Of a stretch of 64,000 bases of DNA, positions 38,989 to 47,659 are shown piece after piece. The stretch comes from an uncultured Gemmatimonadales bacterium (lineage in GTDB: Bacteria; Gemmatimonadota; Gemmatimonadetes; Gemmatimonadales; GWC2-71-9), in the NCBI GenBank assembly GCA_963722825.1, contig CAVROI010000003.1, forward strand, positions 1,879,764 through 1,943,763, written 5' to 3'. Under the pieces are notes generated by a model. That model ran no database searches. It saw only the letters and a program-made list of their open reading frames with translations, and was not told the origin of the DNA. The position numbers were made by a program, and so were the translations under genes. Numbering within the stretch: position 1 is the first letter of the stretch; every line of letters begins with the position of its first letter.

Positions 38989-39999
38989 ATGAACCAACCA
39001 GTCCCGAATGCCTCGCCGACCGATCGCGAAATGCTCAGCGACCACGAAGAGGTAAACCGACCGTGCTTCGTGTGCGGAGCCGACCGCAGCGAGGTCGGCT
39101 TCATTCCGGACGTGCAACGTTGGGGCCAGATGGACACGTTCGTGCTGAGGCGCTGCTGTGAATGTGGCCTGGTCTTCAACTCGCCGAGACTTCCCCGCGA
39201 GCGGCTCGGCGATCTCTACCGGCGCAACTACTATTTCTTCTCCCGACCGGCGGGGACGGAGTTCGAGCGAATCCGTGGTGCCTATCTCCGGACGGTGGCG
39301 CATCTGCCTCAGGCGACACCGGGGGCCTTGCTCGAGCTGGGCAGTGCCAAGGGGTACATGCTGGCACTCCTCGCCGGGCGAGGCTGGCGGGTGACCGGCG
39401 TCGAGATCGCCGAAGCCGCGGCACAGTTCAGCCGACGCCACTTCGGGGTGGAGGTATTCACCGGCACGCTGGAGGAGTTCCGTGGGACCGACGACCGCAG
39501 CTTTGACGTCGTGCTGGCTCAGGACGTGCTCGAGCACGTTTCCGAGCCCGGGCTATTCCTGAGGAGCGCTTACGATTGCCTGCGGCCCGGCGGATGGCTA
39601 ATCATCGACACGCCTAACGTCGGTGGCGCCAACGTCGGGCTCGTCGGAGCCAAGTGGCGTGGCTTTAATCCGTTTCACATCTACCTATTCGACCGCAGCT
39701 CGCTGACTCGAGCACTGAATCACGCCGGCTTCACCGTGCGGCTCCTCGGATCCTACAACACCGTGAGCCCGGAGGCTTCGGTCGTCGGCCACTCCCAGCG
39801 TCGCTCGAGAATTCCGGGAGTCATTGGACGGCTGCGCGCGAGGGTTCGCCAGCGCCTAGACCAGGCTCTGCTGCGGCGCTATCTTCGCCGCGCCATTCAG
39901 GTCGTGCAGACGGACCCACCGCAGCCCCTGGACCCGTTGTGCCGAGGGGACAACCTCGTGTGCATCGCCGTTCGACCCACGGAGCACCGCGCATCTTGA
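38989..39999 (+). CDS. Class I SAM-dependent methyltransferase with an N-terminal four-Cys zinc ribbon
   Basis: CFVCG...CCECG is followed by SAM motif I (LLELGSAKGYM), then DVVLAQDVLEHV and LRPGGWLIIDTPN. Confidence 0.8.
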   Translation: MNQPVPNASPTDREMLSDHEEVNRPCFVCGADRSEVGFIPDVQRWGQMDTFVLRRCCECGLVFNSPRLPRERLGDLYRRNYYFFSRPAGTEFERIRGAYLRTVAHLPQATPGALLELGSAKGYMLALLAGRGWRVTGVEIAEAAAQFSRRHFGVEVFTGTLEEFRGTDDRSFDVVLAQDVLEHVSEPGLFLRSAYDCLRPGGWLIIDTPNVGGANVGLVGAKWRGFNPFHIYLFDRSSLTRALNHAGFTVRLLGSYNTVSPEASVVGHSQRRSRIPGVIGRLRARVRQRLDQALLRRYLRRAIQVVQTDPPQPLDPLCRGDNLVCIAVRPTEHRAS

Positions 40000-40796
40000 C
40001 CGATCAATATTTGCCAGACGACGCCGCGCCCTCTCAGACCGCGGATGCACTCCGCCACACAAGGAACAAGAACATCGTCGTGGAAGCCGGCCGGCGGACC
40101 TTCCGGCAGCGGCTCGCGGATCGCTTCTGGCTGCTGTCCACTCGAGCCAGGGAAGCGTCGCTCCTGGCGGGCGGGGTTTCGGTCATCGTTTCCGAGCAGG
40201 TCATCGAGAACGCGTTTCTGCTTCGAGAGCTCGACTCGTCGGTGCGGACCGTGCTCGACTTCGGCGCCTTCGAGTCGACCCTGCCCCTCGCGCTCGCCGC
40301 TCTTGGCCTGAAGGTGACGGTCGTCGACCAGCGCCGGTATCCGTTCGCAGCGGAGCGCTTGCGGGTCGTGCAGCACGACATCCTCCAGCCGCTGGATCTC
40401 CTTCCCTCCGACTTCGACGTGGTGTACTCCATCTCGACAATCGAGCACGTGGGCCTGGGCCACTATGGCGATCCGAACCGCGGAGAGGGCGATCAAATCG
40501 CCTTGGCGCATCTGTGGGAGAAGGTGAAGCCCGGCGGCCGGCTGATCTTCTCGGTCCCTGCCGGACGGCCGAGCGTCCAGCGGGGATATCGTGTGTACGA
40601 CGAACCGGCGCTGCGAAAGATCATGCCCCACGAGGGCCGGATCTCGTTCTTCGAGAAGGGTGGTCGCAGGGGCGTGTGGAGAGGGACCACTCCGGGCGAG
40701 ATCGCCGCCCATGAATACGAGAACTATCTCACCCAGGCCCCCTCCGAGGGAGTCGCGATCATCACCATCAGGAAGCCCTCGATACAAGTCGGGTAG
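39996..40796 (+). CDS. Putative SAM-dependent methyltransferase (DUF268-like fold)
   Basis: VLDFGAFESTLPLALAALGLKVTVVD, FDVVYSISTIEHVGLGHYGD and KPGGRLIFSVP are present. The proposed TTG start at 39996 overlaps the previous stop. The track start at 39939 is the alternative. Confidence 0.6.
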   Translation: MTDQYLPDDAAPSQTADALRHTRNKNIVVEAGRRTFRQRLADRFWLLSTRAREASLLAGGVSVIVSEQVIENAFLLRELDSSVRTVLDFGAFESTLPLALAALGLKVTVVDQRRYPFAAERLRVVQHDILQPLDLLPSDFDVVYSISTIEHVGLGHYGDPNRGEGDQIALAHLWEKVKPGGRLIFSVPAGRPSVQRGYRVYDEPALRKIMPHEGRISFFEKGGRRGVWRGTTPGEIAAHEYENYLTQAPSEGVAIITIRKPSIQVG

Positions 40797-40901
40797 CCGT
40801 ATCCGCCTCGGACACGGGTTAGCGACGCCACCGTGCCCAGAGTTAAGTTTGTCGCCCTGACGGTGTAACGATGGGGTGCAAGCCGTATCCCGGAGGGAGC
40901 T

Positions 40902-41972
40902 TTGGCAGTTCAGCGAACCCTGACCATCGATGGCGTGGAGATATCCGAGGCGAGCGACTGCTACGTCATCGCCGAGATCGGCCACAACCATCAGGGCCAG
41001 ATCGAGAAGTGCAAGGAGCTCTTCCGTGTGGCCAAGGAATGCGGGGTCGACGCGGTGAAGCTGCAGAAGAGGGACAACCGGTCGCTCTTCACGCGCGCGA
41101 TGTACGACAAGCCCTACGACAACGAGAACAGTTTCGGCGCCACGTACGGTGAGCACCGGGAGGCGCTCGAGTTCGGCCGCGACGAATACCTGGAGCTTCG
41201 GGCCTATGCCCGGGACCTCGGCGTCACCTTCTTCGCGACCGTGTTCGACGTCCCGAGCGCCGACTTCCTGGCCCGACTGGACATGCCGGCGTACAAGATC
41301 GCCTCGGGCGATCTCAAGAGCACGCCGCTGCTCCGCCACGTCGCCGCGTTCGGCAAGCCGATGATCGTGAGTACCGGCGGTGCGACCATGGATGATGTCG
41401 CCCGCGCCTACGATGCAATCGTTCCGATCAATCCGCAACTCTGCTTTCTCCAGTGCACCGCGGCGTACCCGGCGTCGCCCGAAGACCTGAATCTCAAGGT
41501 CATCTCGACCCTGCGAGCCAAGTATCCTGATCTGGTCATCGGGCTGTCAGACCACGAGAACGGCATCGCCATGGCGGTGGCCGCCTACGTGCTCGGGGCG
41601 CGAATCGTCGAAAAGCATTTCACGCTCAACCACACCTGGAAAGGCACCGACCATCCGTTCTCACTGGAGCCAATCGGGATGCGGAAGCTGGTGCGCGACC
41701 TGCGCCGCACCCGCGAGGCGCTCGGGAACGGGATCAAGTGCCCGCTTCCGACCGAGCGGGGTCCGCTAGTGAAGATGGGCAAGAAGCTGGTGGCGGCTCG
41801 CGCCCTCGGCGTCGGACACGTCCTGACCTCCGATGACGTGGCCGTGAAATCGCCGGGTGACGGACTGCCCCCATATCTCATCGATCAGGTACTGGGCCGA
41901 ACACTCACGAAGCCGCTCCAGCCCGACGATTCGATCACCTTCGAGATGCTGGCCCAGGGCGAGGGGGAATGA
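40902..41972 (+). CDS. Sialic-acid-synthase-family PEP-condensing enzyme with a C-terminal SAF domain, NANS (sugar-phosphate) type
   Basis: VIAEIGHNHQGQIEKCKELFRVAKECGVDAVKLQKR, FGATYGEHREALEF, CFLQCTAAYPASPEDLNLKVIS, GLSDHENGIAMAVAAYVLGARIVEKHFTL and TWKGTDHPFSLEP are present. The start is TTG, with GGAGGGA upstream. Confidence 0.85.
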   Translation: MAVQRTLTIDGVEISEASDCYVIAEIGHNHQGQIEKCKELFRVAKECGVDAVKLQKRDNRSLFTRAMYDKPYDNENSFGATYGEHREALEFGRDEYLELRAYARDLGVTFFATVFDVPSADFLARLDMPAYKIASGDLKSTPLLRHVAAFGKPMIVSTGGATMDDVARAYDAIVPINPQLCFLQCTAAYPASPEDLNLKVISTLRAKYPDLVIGLSDHENGIAMAVAAYVLGARIVEKHFTLNHTWKGTDHPFSLEPIGMRKLVRDLRRTREALGNGIKCPLPTERGPLVKMGKKLVAARALGVGHVLTSDDVAVKSPGDGLPPYLIDQVLGRTLTKPLQPDDSITFEMLAQGEGE

Positions 41973-42769
41973 CCCGTCCGCTGGACGGGCGCATCGGGGT
42001 CGTGACCGGCGCGCTCGGGCGGTTGGGACCGGTCTGGTGTGCGGCGCTGCTGGACGCAGGCGCAAAGGTTTACGCGCTTGATCTTCCGGGCGCGACATCC
42101 TCAGCGCCATTCACCGACCTTCAGCGACGCGCGGGAGAGCGACTCGTCTCTCTTCCGGCCGATGTGCTCGATCGGGCTTCCCTCGTGGCGGCGCTCGAGC
42201 GGTGCGAGCGGGATGGCGGAACCCCTGCCGTGCTCGTGAACAATGCCGGCATCGATCAGCCGCCGGGGCCCGCCACGACCTACAGGATCGAGGACGTTCC
42301 GCTCGACCTGTTCCGAGGGACGGTGGACGTGAACCTGGCCGGCGCCTTTCAGGCCGCGCAGGTTTTCGGCGCCGCCATGGTTCGCGCAGGACGCGGCTCG
42401 ATCGTAAACATCGGGTCCCTCTACGCCTCGGTCTCGCCCGACGCCCGGTTCTACGATCATCTCCCGACCGACCCTCCCTTTCTCAAGCCCCCCGCCTACG
42501 GCGCCTCGAAGGCCGCCCTCGTCAATCTGACCCGGTACCTCGCGACCCATTGGGGGCCGAGCGGTGTCAGGGTCAACGCCCTTTCTCCGGGCGGCGTCGA
42601 GGGAGGACAGGATCCGGAGTTCAAGCGTAAGTTCGTTGCCCGCGTGCCCTTGGGTCGGATGGCCGGCCCCCAGGACCTGGGAGGAGCGCTTATATTCCTC
42701 GCGTCCGATGCCTCCTCGTATGTCACCGGCGTCGAATTGCGGGTCGACGGCGGGTTCACTTCCTGGTGA
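41969..42769 (+). CDS. SDR-family oxidoreductase
   Basis: The glycine motif is VTGALGRLG. NNAG and the catalytic YGASKAA are present. The start overlaps the synthase stop (ATGA). Confidence 0.8.
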   Translation: MTRPLDGRIGVVTGALGRLGPVWCAALLDAGAKVYALDLPGATSSAPFTDLQRRAGERLVSLPADVLDRASLVAALERCERDGGTPAVLVNNAGIDQPPGPATTYRIEDVPLDLFRGTVDVNLAGAFQAAQVFGAAMVRAGRGSIVNIGSLYASVSPDARFYDHLPTDPPFLKPPAYGASKAALVNLTRYLATHWGPSGVRVNALSPGGVEGGQDPEFKRKFVARVPLGRMAGPQDLGGALIFLASDASSYVTGVELRVDGGFTSW

Positions 42770-42794
42770 GGGCCCGCGCGACTCCCAGCCGGCC

Positions 42795-44267
42795 ATGGTG
42801 GATCTGAATCTTCCCCCGATAATTCTCAATGTCGTGAACGGTCGTGAAGTGGGCGCGCTCGCCGGGGAGCAGTTCGAGAAGCGCGCTCCCGCGACCGGTC
42901 GCACGCTCGTCCAAGTAGCCCGCTCGCGCATTGCCGACGTCCAGGGCGCGGTGGCCGCCGCACGCTGCGCCCAGCCTGCATGGGCCGACGCCACCGTGAC
43001 GAGCCGTGGGGACGTGCTACGTGCCATCGCGCTCGCGCTCAACGAGCGCCGGGATGAGGTAGCGCAACTCGTGGCCCTCGAGACCGGCAAGTCCCTCAAA
43101 GATGCCCGGGGGGAGACGACCGCCGCCGTCGAGATGGGAATGTTCGTGGCCGGCGAAGGGCGGCGGTTCTACGGCCGGACGACTACCAGCGCCGTGCCCA
43201 ACAAGACGGCTCTCACCGTCCGCCAGCCCATTGGAGTGGCGGGACTCATCATCGCCGCCAATACGCCCATCGCCAACGTGGCCTGGAAGGTCTTTCCGGC
43301 GCTGCTCTGCGGGAATGCCGCGGTGCTCAAGGCGTCGGAGGACACGCCGCTGAGCGCCTGGGCGTTCGCGCGTCTCGCGGCCGACGCCGGCCTGCCGCCC
43401 GGTGTGCTCAATGTCATTCACGGATTCGGCGAAGAAGCCGGGGCCCCACTCGTGGAGTCCCCCGACGTGGATCTGATCAGCTTCACCGGCTCCGCGGCGG
43501 TGGGCCGGTACATTGGCAGGACGGCGGGCGAGCGGCTCGCCAAGGTCTGCCTCGAGCTTGGCGGCAAGAACCCGCTCATCGTCTGTGACGATGCCGACCT
43601 CGACCGGGCGGTGGAGTCCGCGGTGCTGTCGGCCTTCAGCAACGCCGGACAGCGCTGCGCGGCCGGCAGCCGTCTCATCGTCTTCGACGCGGTGTACGAG
43701 CGTTTCCGCGAGCGCCTGCTGGCGCGCGTGTCGCGCCTGCGGGTGGGCTGCTCGGACGACGATGACTTCGGCCCGGTAATCAACGAAGCGCAGCTCGACG
43801 GTATGTGCGCCGCCATCGAGACGGCGCGGAGAGCCGGCATTCGAGTCATCGCCGGTGGCCGCCGCGTGACCGGGGCCGGGTACGATGGCGGGTATTTCCT
43901 CGAGCCGACCCTCCTCGAAGACGCGGCGCCCGACGCCGACGTCTCTCGCACCGAGCTGTTCGGCCCTATTTCCGTCCTCTATCGAGTGTCCGACTTCGAC
44001 GCGGCCCTGCGGCTGGCGCACGATTCTCCCTACGGGCTCACCGCCTCGATCCACACCGCCAGCATCCACCGGGCGATGACGTTCCTGAACCGCATCCGGT
44101 CGGGAGTAGCGGTCGTCAACGGCGCAACCTACGGTAGCGAGCCTCACCTCCCGTTCGGCGGGCTGGGCGATTCCGGCACCGGTTGGCGCGAGGCTGGGAC
44201 CGAGGCGCTCGACGTCTATTCCGAGTGGAAGACGGTGTACCTCAACCACGATCCGCGTGCCGTCTGA
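42795..44267 (+). CDS. NAD(P)-dependent aldehyde dehydrogenase
   Basis: VCLELGGKNP carries the catalytic Glu. NAGQRCAAGSRL carries the catalytic Cys. FTGSAAVGR and EPHLPFGG are also present. I chose the ATG at 42795 inside the longer track ORF. Confidence 0.88.
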   Translation: MVDLNLPPIILNVVNGREVGALAGEQFEKRAPATGRTLVQVARSRIADVQGAVAAARCAQPAWADATVTSRGDVLRAIALALNERRDEVAQLVALETGKSLKDARGETTAAVEMGMFVAGEGRRFYGRTTTSAVPNKTALTVRQPIGVAGLIIAANTPIANVAWKVFPALLCGNAAVLKASEDTPLSAWAFARLAADAGLPPGVLNVIHGFGEEAGAPLVESPDVDLISFTGSAAVGRYIGRTAGERLAKVCLELGGKNPLIVCDDADLDRAVESAVLSAFSNAGQRCAAGSRLIVFDAVYERFRERLLARVSRLRVGCSDDDDFGPVINEAQLDGMCAAIETARRAGIRVIAGGRRVTGAGYDGGYFLEPTLLEDAAPDADVSRTELFGPISVLYRVSDFDAALRLAHDSPYGLTASIHTASIHRAMTFLNRIRSGVAVVNGATYGSEPHLPFGGLGDSGTGWREAGTEALDVYSEWKTVYLNHDPRAV

Positions 44268-45048
44268 CCGGCCGGAGGTTCCGGCCTGCGTTGCGCTGAT
44301 TCCGGCCCGGTCAGGATCGAAGCGGGTGCCGGGCAAGAATGTCCGCCCGCTGGCCGGGCACCCGCTCATGGCGTATACCATCGCCGCGGCCGTCGAGAGC
44401 AGGGTGTTCGCCGCCGTGATCGTCTCCACCGACTCGGCGGAGATCGCGGACATCGCGCGCCATTACGGAGCCGAGACGCCCTTCCTGCGTCCGGCGGCCA
44501 TGGCCGCCGATCTCTCGCCCGATATCGAGTGGGTCCGCTACACGCTCGACACGCTGCGGCAGATGGGTCGCGCCTGGGAGAGCTTCAGCATCCTGCGGCC
44601 CACGAGCCCCTTTCGCCAAGCCGACACCATTCGCCGCGCCTGGCGTGAGTTCACGGCCGCGGAGGCGATCGATTCGCTGCGCGCCGTCGAGCTCTGCCGG
44701 CAGCACCCGGGGAAGATGTGGGTCCTGGAGGCCGGCCGGATCGTCCCGCTGCTCCGGGATGGGCCGACGTCTCCACCCTGGCACAGCATGCCGTATCAGG
44801 GCCTTCCCACGGTGTACATTCAAAATGCAAGCCTGGAGATCGCCTGGTCCCGCACGGTTCGGGAGAAGGGCTCGATCGCGGGAACGGTCATTCATCCGTT
44901 TCTCACCGAAGGCTACGAGGGGTTCGACGTGAACGATTCGAGAGACTGGTCGTACGCGGAGCTTCTCCTCGAGGAGGGCAAGGCTACGCTGCCGCACGTC
45001 GGCGTCGAGGCCTGGCGCCCTTCGGCCGCGGGCGTGGACGCTCCATGA
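44257..45048 (+). CDS. CMP-sugar (acylneuraminate/ulosonate) cytidylyltransferase
   Basis: ALIPARSGSKRVPGKNVRPLAGHPLMAYTI is the CTP_transf_3 N-terminal signature. VSTDS and ILRPTSPFR are also present. Confidence 0.85.
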   Translation: MPSDRPEVPACVALIPARSGSKRVPGKNVRPLAGHPLMAYTIAAAVESRVFAAVIVSTDSAEIADIARHYGAETPFLRPAAMAADLSPDIEWVRYTLDTLRQMGRAWESFSILRPTSPFRQADTIRRAWREFTAAEAIDSLRAVELCRQHPGKMWVLEAGRIVPLLRDGPTSPPWHSMPYQGLPTVYIQNASLEIAWSRTVREKGSIAGTVIHPFLTEGYEGFDVNDSRDWSYAELLLEEGKATLPHVGVEAWRPSAAGVDAP

Positions 45049-46961
45049 GCACGCTTCGCTTTGTTCCGCTGAAAGAGCTCGAACGCGCGCGGACGCTCTC
45101 CGGCGACGCGGCCATCCGTGTCGCGCTCTTCTCCGCCCTCTGCCGCATCAACACGTTGTACATGATCGCGCGCGCCGGCTCCGGCCACATCGGGAGCAGC
45201 TTCAGCAGCCTCGACATCGTGGCCTGGCTGCACCTTCAAGAGATGCGACAGGGGCCGGCCACGCACGACCGGTTCTTTTCCTCGAAGGGCCATGATGTCC
45301 CCGGCCTGTACGCCGTGCTGATCGGGCTGGGGCGCTTGCCGTTCGAGAGCATCCACACGCTTCGCCGGCTCGGCGGGCTCCCCGGTCATCCCGACGTCGC
45401 CACTCCCGGAATGGTCACCAACACCGGGCCACTCGGCATGGGAGTATCCAAGGCGAAGGGAATGGTGCGAGCCAACCGTCTCGCGGGCCGGGACAGCCGG
45501 ATCTTCGTCATGACGGGCGACGGGGAGCTTCAGGAAGGCCAGTTCTGGGAGTCGCTCGCGTCGGCAGCCCACGCCCGGATGAGCGAGATCACGGTGATCG
45601 TGGACCACAACAAGGTCCAGTCGGACACGCTTGTTTCGTCGGTGAGTGATCTCGGGAATCTGGCCGCCAAATTCGAGGCGTTCGGCTGGCATTGCGTCCG
45701 TTGCGACGGGCATGACTTGGCCGCGCTGGGTGCTACCTTCGACCGGCTGCGGCGGGTGGCCGACCGACCGAAGATCATCCTCGCGGATACGATCAAGGGG
45801 CGTGGCGTCTCGTTCATGCAGCACACGGCACTGGAGCCCGGCGAGAAATTCTACCGGTTTCACAGTGGCGCTCCCGACGACCCCACGTACGAGCGGGCCG
45901 CCGCCGAGCTGATCGCCTCGGCCAACCAGATGCTCGCGCGTGCTGGCGCTGCGCCGCTGAATCTCGAGGAGAGCCCGCGACCGCCACGACCGGGCATTCA
46001 AGGCGCTCAGCGACTGATCCCGGCCTACTCCCGGGCCCTCGTCGCGCACGCGGAGCACAACCCGCGGCTCGTGGCTCTCGATGCCGACCTGCTGCTGGAC
46101 ACCGGACTGATCCCGTTCTCCGAGCGCTTTCCCGACCGATTCATCGAGTGCGGCATCGCCGAGCAGGACATGGTCTCCCAGGCGGGTGGACTCGCCCTCA
46201 GCGGGTATCTACCGGTCGTGCACTCGTTCGCCTGCTTCCTGTCCACTCGCGCGAACGAGCAGATCTACAACAACGCGACCGAGCGCAGGAAGATCGTGTA
46301 CGTGGGCTCGCTGGCCGGGCTACTTCCCGGCGGGCCGGGTCACTCGCACCAATCGGTTCGCGACGTGGCGGCGCTGGGGGGGACCCCGGGCCTCGAGATG
46401 ATCGAGCCATCGTGCGAGGACGAAGTCACCCAGGCCGTGGCGTACGCTCTGGATCCCACCGGGCCGAGCGCGTATCTCCGACTGGTGTCCATCCCGTGCC
46501 AGGTGCCGTTCAGGTTGCCCGCGGGTTATCGACTCGAGCGGGGGAGGGGTGTCGCTCTTACGCCGGGAGACGACGCGGTGATGTTCGCCTACGGTCCCGT
46601 GATGTTGTCGGAGGCATGGAAGGCGGCGGCGCTGCTGCGGGAGCGCAAGGATATCGGACTCCGGATCGTGAACCTGCCCTGGCTCAACCTCGTAGATGAC
46701 GACTGGCTCGAGGAAGCGCTGTCGGGTATCAATCTCGTCTTTGCCCTCGACGATCATTATGTCGAGGGAGGGCAGGGGCAGATGCTGGCGAGCCGGATTG
46801 CCGAGCTCGGTCTGACCGACTCGATGACCGTGAGGCGATTCGGTGTTCGCGATATTCCCGCCTGCGGCCAGAATGACGAAGTACTTCGGGCGCATCGTCT
46901 CGACGCCGAAAGTCTGGCGGAAGACGTGGCCGCGGTTCTCACCGCCGGTCCGGCCGCCTGA
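45045..46961 (+). CDS. Single-chain transketolase-family ThDP enzyme (N- and C-terminal halves fused, about 638 aa)
   Basis: GSGHIGSSFSSLDIV is present. The ThDP/Mg motif is TGDGELQEGQFWES...IVDHNKVQSD. The pyrimidine-binding half contains FIECGIAEQDMVSQAGGLA and PGHSHQS. ATGA overlaps the cytidylyltransferase stop. Confidence 0.85.
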   Translation: MSTLRFVPLKELERARTLSGDAAIRVALFSALCRINTLYMIARAGSGHIGSSFSSLDIVAWLHLQEMRQGPATHDRFFSSKGHDVPGLYAVLIGLGRLPFESIHTLRRLGGLPGHPDVATPGMVTNTGPLGMGVSKAKGMVRANRLAGRDSRIFVMTGDGELQEGQFWESLASAAHARMSEITVIVDHNKVQSDTLVSSVSDLGNLAAKFEAFGWHCVRCDGHDLAALGATFDRLRRVADRPKIILADTIKGRGVSFMQHTALEPGEKFYRFHSGAPDDPTYERAAAELIASANQMLARAGAAPLNLEESPRPPRPGIQGAQRLIPAYSRALVAHAEHNPRLVALDADLLLDTGLIPFSERFPDRFIECGIAEQDMVSQAGGLALSGYLPVVHSFACFLSTRANEQIYNNATERRKIVYVGSLAGLLPGGPGHSHQSVRDVAALGGTPGLEMIEPSCEDEVTQAVAYALDPTGPSAYLRLVSIPCQVPFRLPAGYRLERGRGVALTPGDDAVMFAYGPVMLSEAWKAAALLRERKDIGLRIVNLPWLNLVDDDWLEEALSGINLVFALDDHYVEGGQGQMLASRIAELGLTDSMTVRRFGVRDIPACGQNDEVLRAHRLDAESLAEDVAAVLTAGPAA

Positions 46962-47659
46962 TGCTGGTCTTCTGGGACATCGACGGCACCTTGCTGACCA
47001 CCGGGCGCGCGGGAATCTTCGCGTGGGAGGAGGCTTTGAGTGAGGTCGCCGGAATCGATGCCGATCTCGAGACGTTCGATACCGCCGGCATTCCGGACTT
47101 CGGCATCGCGCGGCGACTGCTCGGTGAATATGCCGGCGAGGCCGATCCCACCGCCGATGCGGTCCGGCGCCTCGTCACGGCCTACGAGGACCGCCTTCCT
47201 GCCGCTCTCTCGCGCCGGCAGGGACGGGTCCTTCCCAATGTGCGTGAGATCCTGGTGGCGCTGACGACTGAGCCTGGAGCGCACTCGATGCTCCTCACGG
47301 GAAACACCCGCCGAGGGGCGGATGCAAAACTCCGCCACTACCGACTGGCGGAGTTCTTCCACGAAGGTGCTTTCTCGGAGGGCGACCTCGACCGGGAAGC
47401 CATCGCCGGCGTCGCTCTCGAGCGCGCCACATCGGCAGGCTATGGCGCTGACATCTCTCGCATCTTCGTGGTCGGTGATACGCCGCACGACGTACGGTGC
47501 GGCCGGTCGATCGGAGTGAGAACCGTCGCCGTGGCGACCGGCGGATACGACGAGGCCGCCCTGGCCGCCTCCGGTGCGTGGAAGGTGCTGCCGGAGCTGC
47601 CGCCGGCCGGAGAGTTCCTCGCGCTGCTCTCGGGCCGTGAGGTCTCGGCCGATGCCTGA
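46961..47659 (+). CDS. HAD-superfamily phosphatase (capped, subfamily IA-like)
   Basis: Motif I is FWDIDGTLL. LLTGNTR and the motif IV region VVGDTPHDVRCG are present. The start overlaps the transketolase stop by 1 nt (TGATG). Confidence 0.8.
   Translation: MLVFWDIDGTLLTTGRAGIFAWEEALSEVAGIDADLETFDTAGIPDFGIARRLLGEYAGEADPTADAVRRLVTAYEDRLPAALSRRQGRVLPNVREILVALTTEPGAHSMLLTGNTRRGADAKLRHYRLAEFFHEGAFSEGDLDREAIAGVALERATSAGYGADISRIFVVGDTPHDVRCGRSIGVRTVAVATGGYDEAALAASGAWKVLPELPPAGEFLALLSGREVSADA

Noticed and set aside
37365-39179. A 604-aa minus-strand ORF.
   Set aside because: It is antisense to the Wzx flippase. It is extremely Arg/Pro/Gly/Asp-rich and hydrophilic, with no motifs.
40797-40901. A direct 9-mer repeat, GCCGTATCC, at about 40797 and about 40880, flanking the gap before the synthase gene.
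   Set aside because: It is a single short repeat pair with no further symmetry. That is compatible with chance in a 105-bp region, so it is not reported as a site.
39897-41438. A 513-aa minus-strand ORF.
   Set aside because: It is antisense to the DUF268-like methyltransferase and the NANS-type synthase and crosses their intergenic region. It has no motifs.
43017-44453. A 478-aa minus-strand ORF, together with the 565-aa one at 47295-48992.
   Set aside because: Both are antisense to genes with clear catalytic motifs (ALDH; HAD and the GT-B-like protein). Their composition is typical of GC shadow frames.
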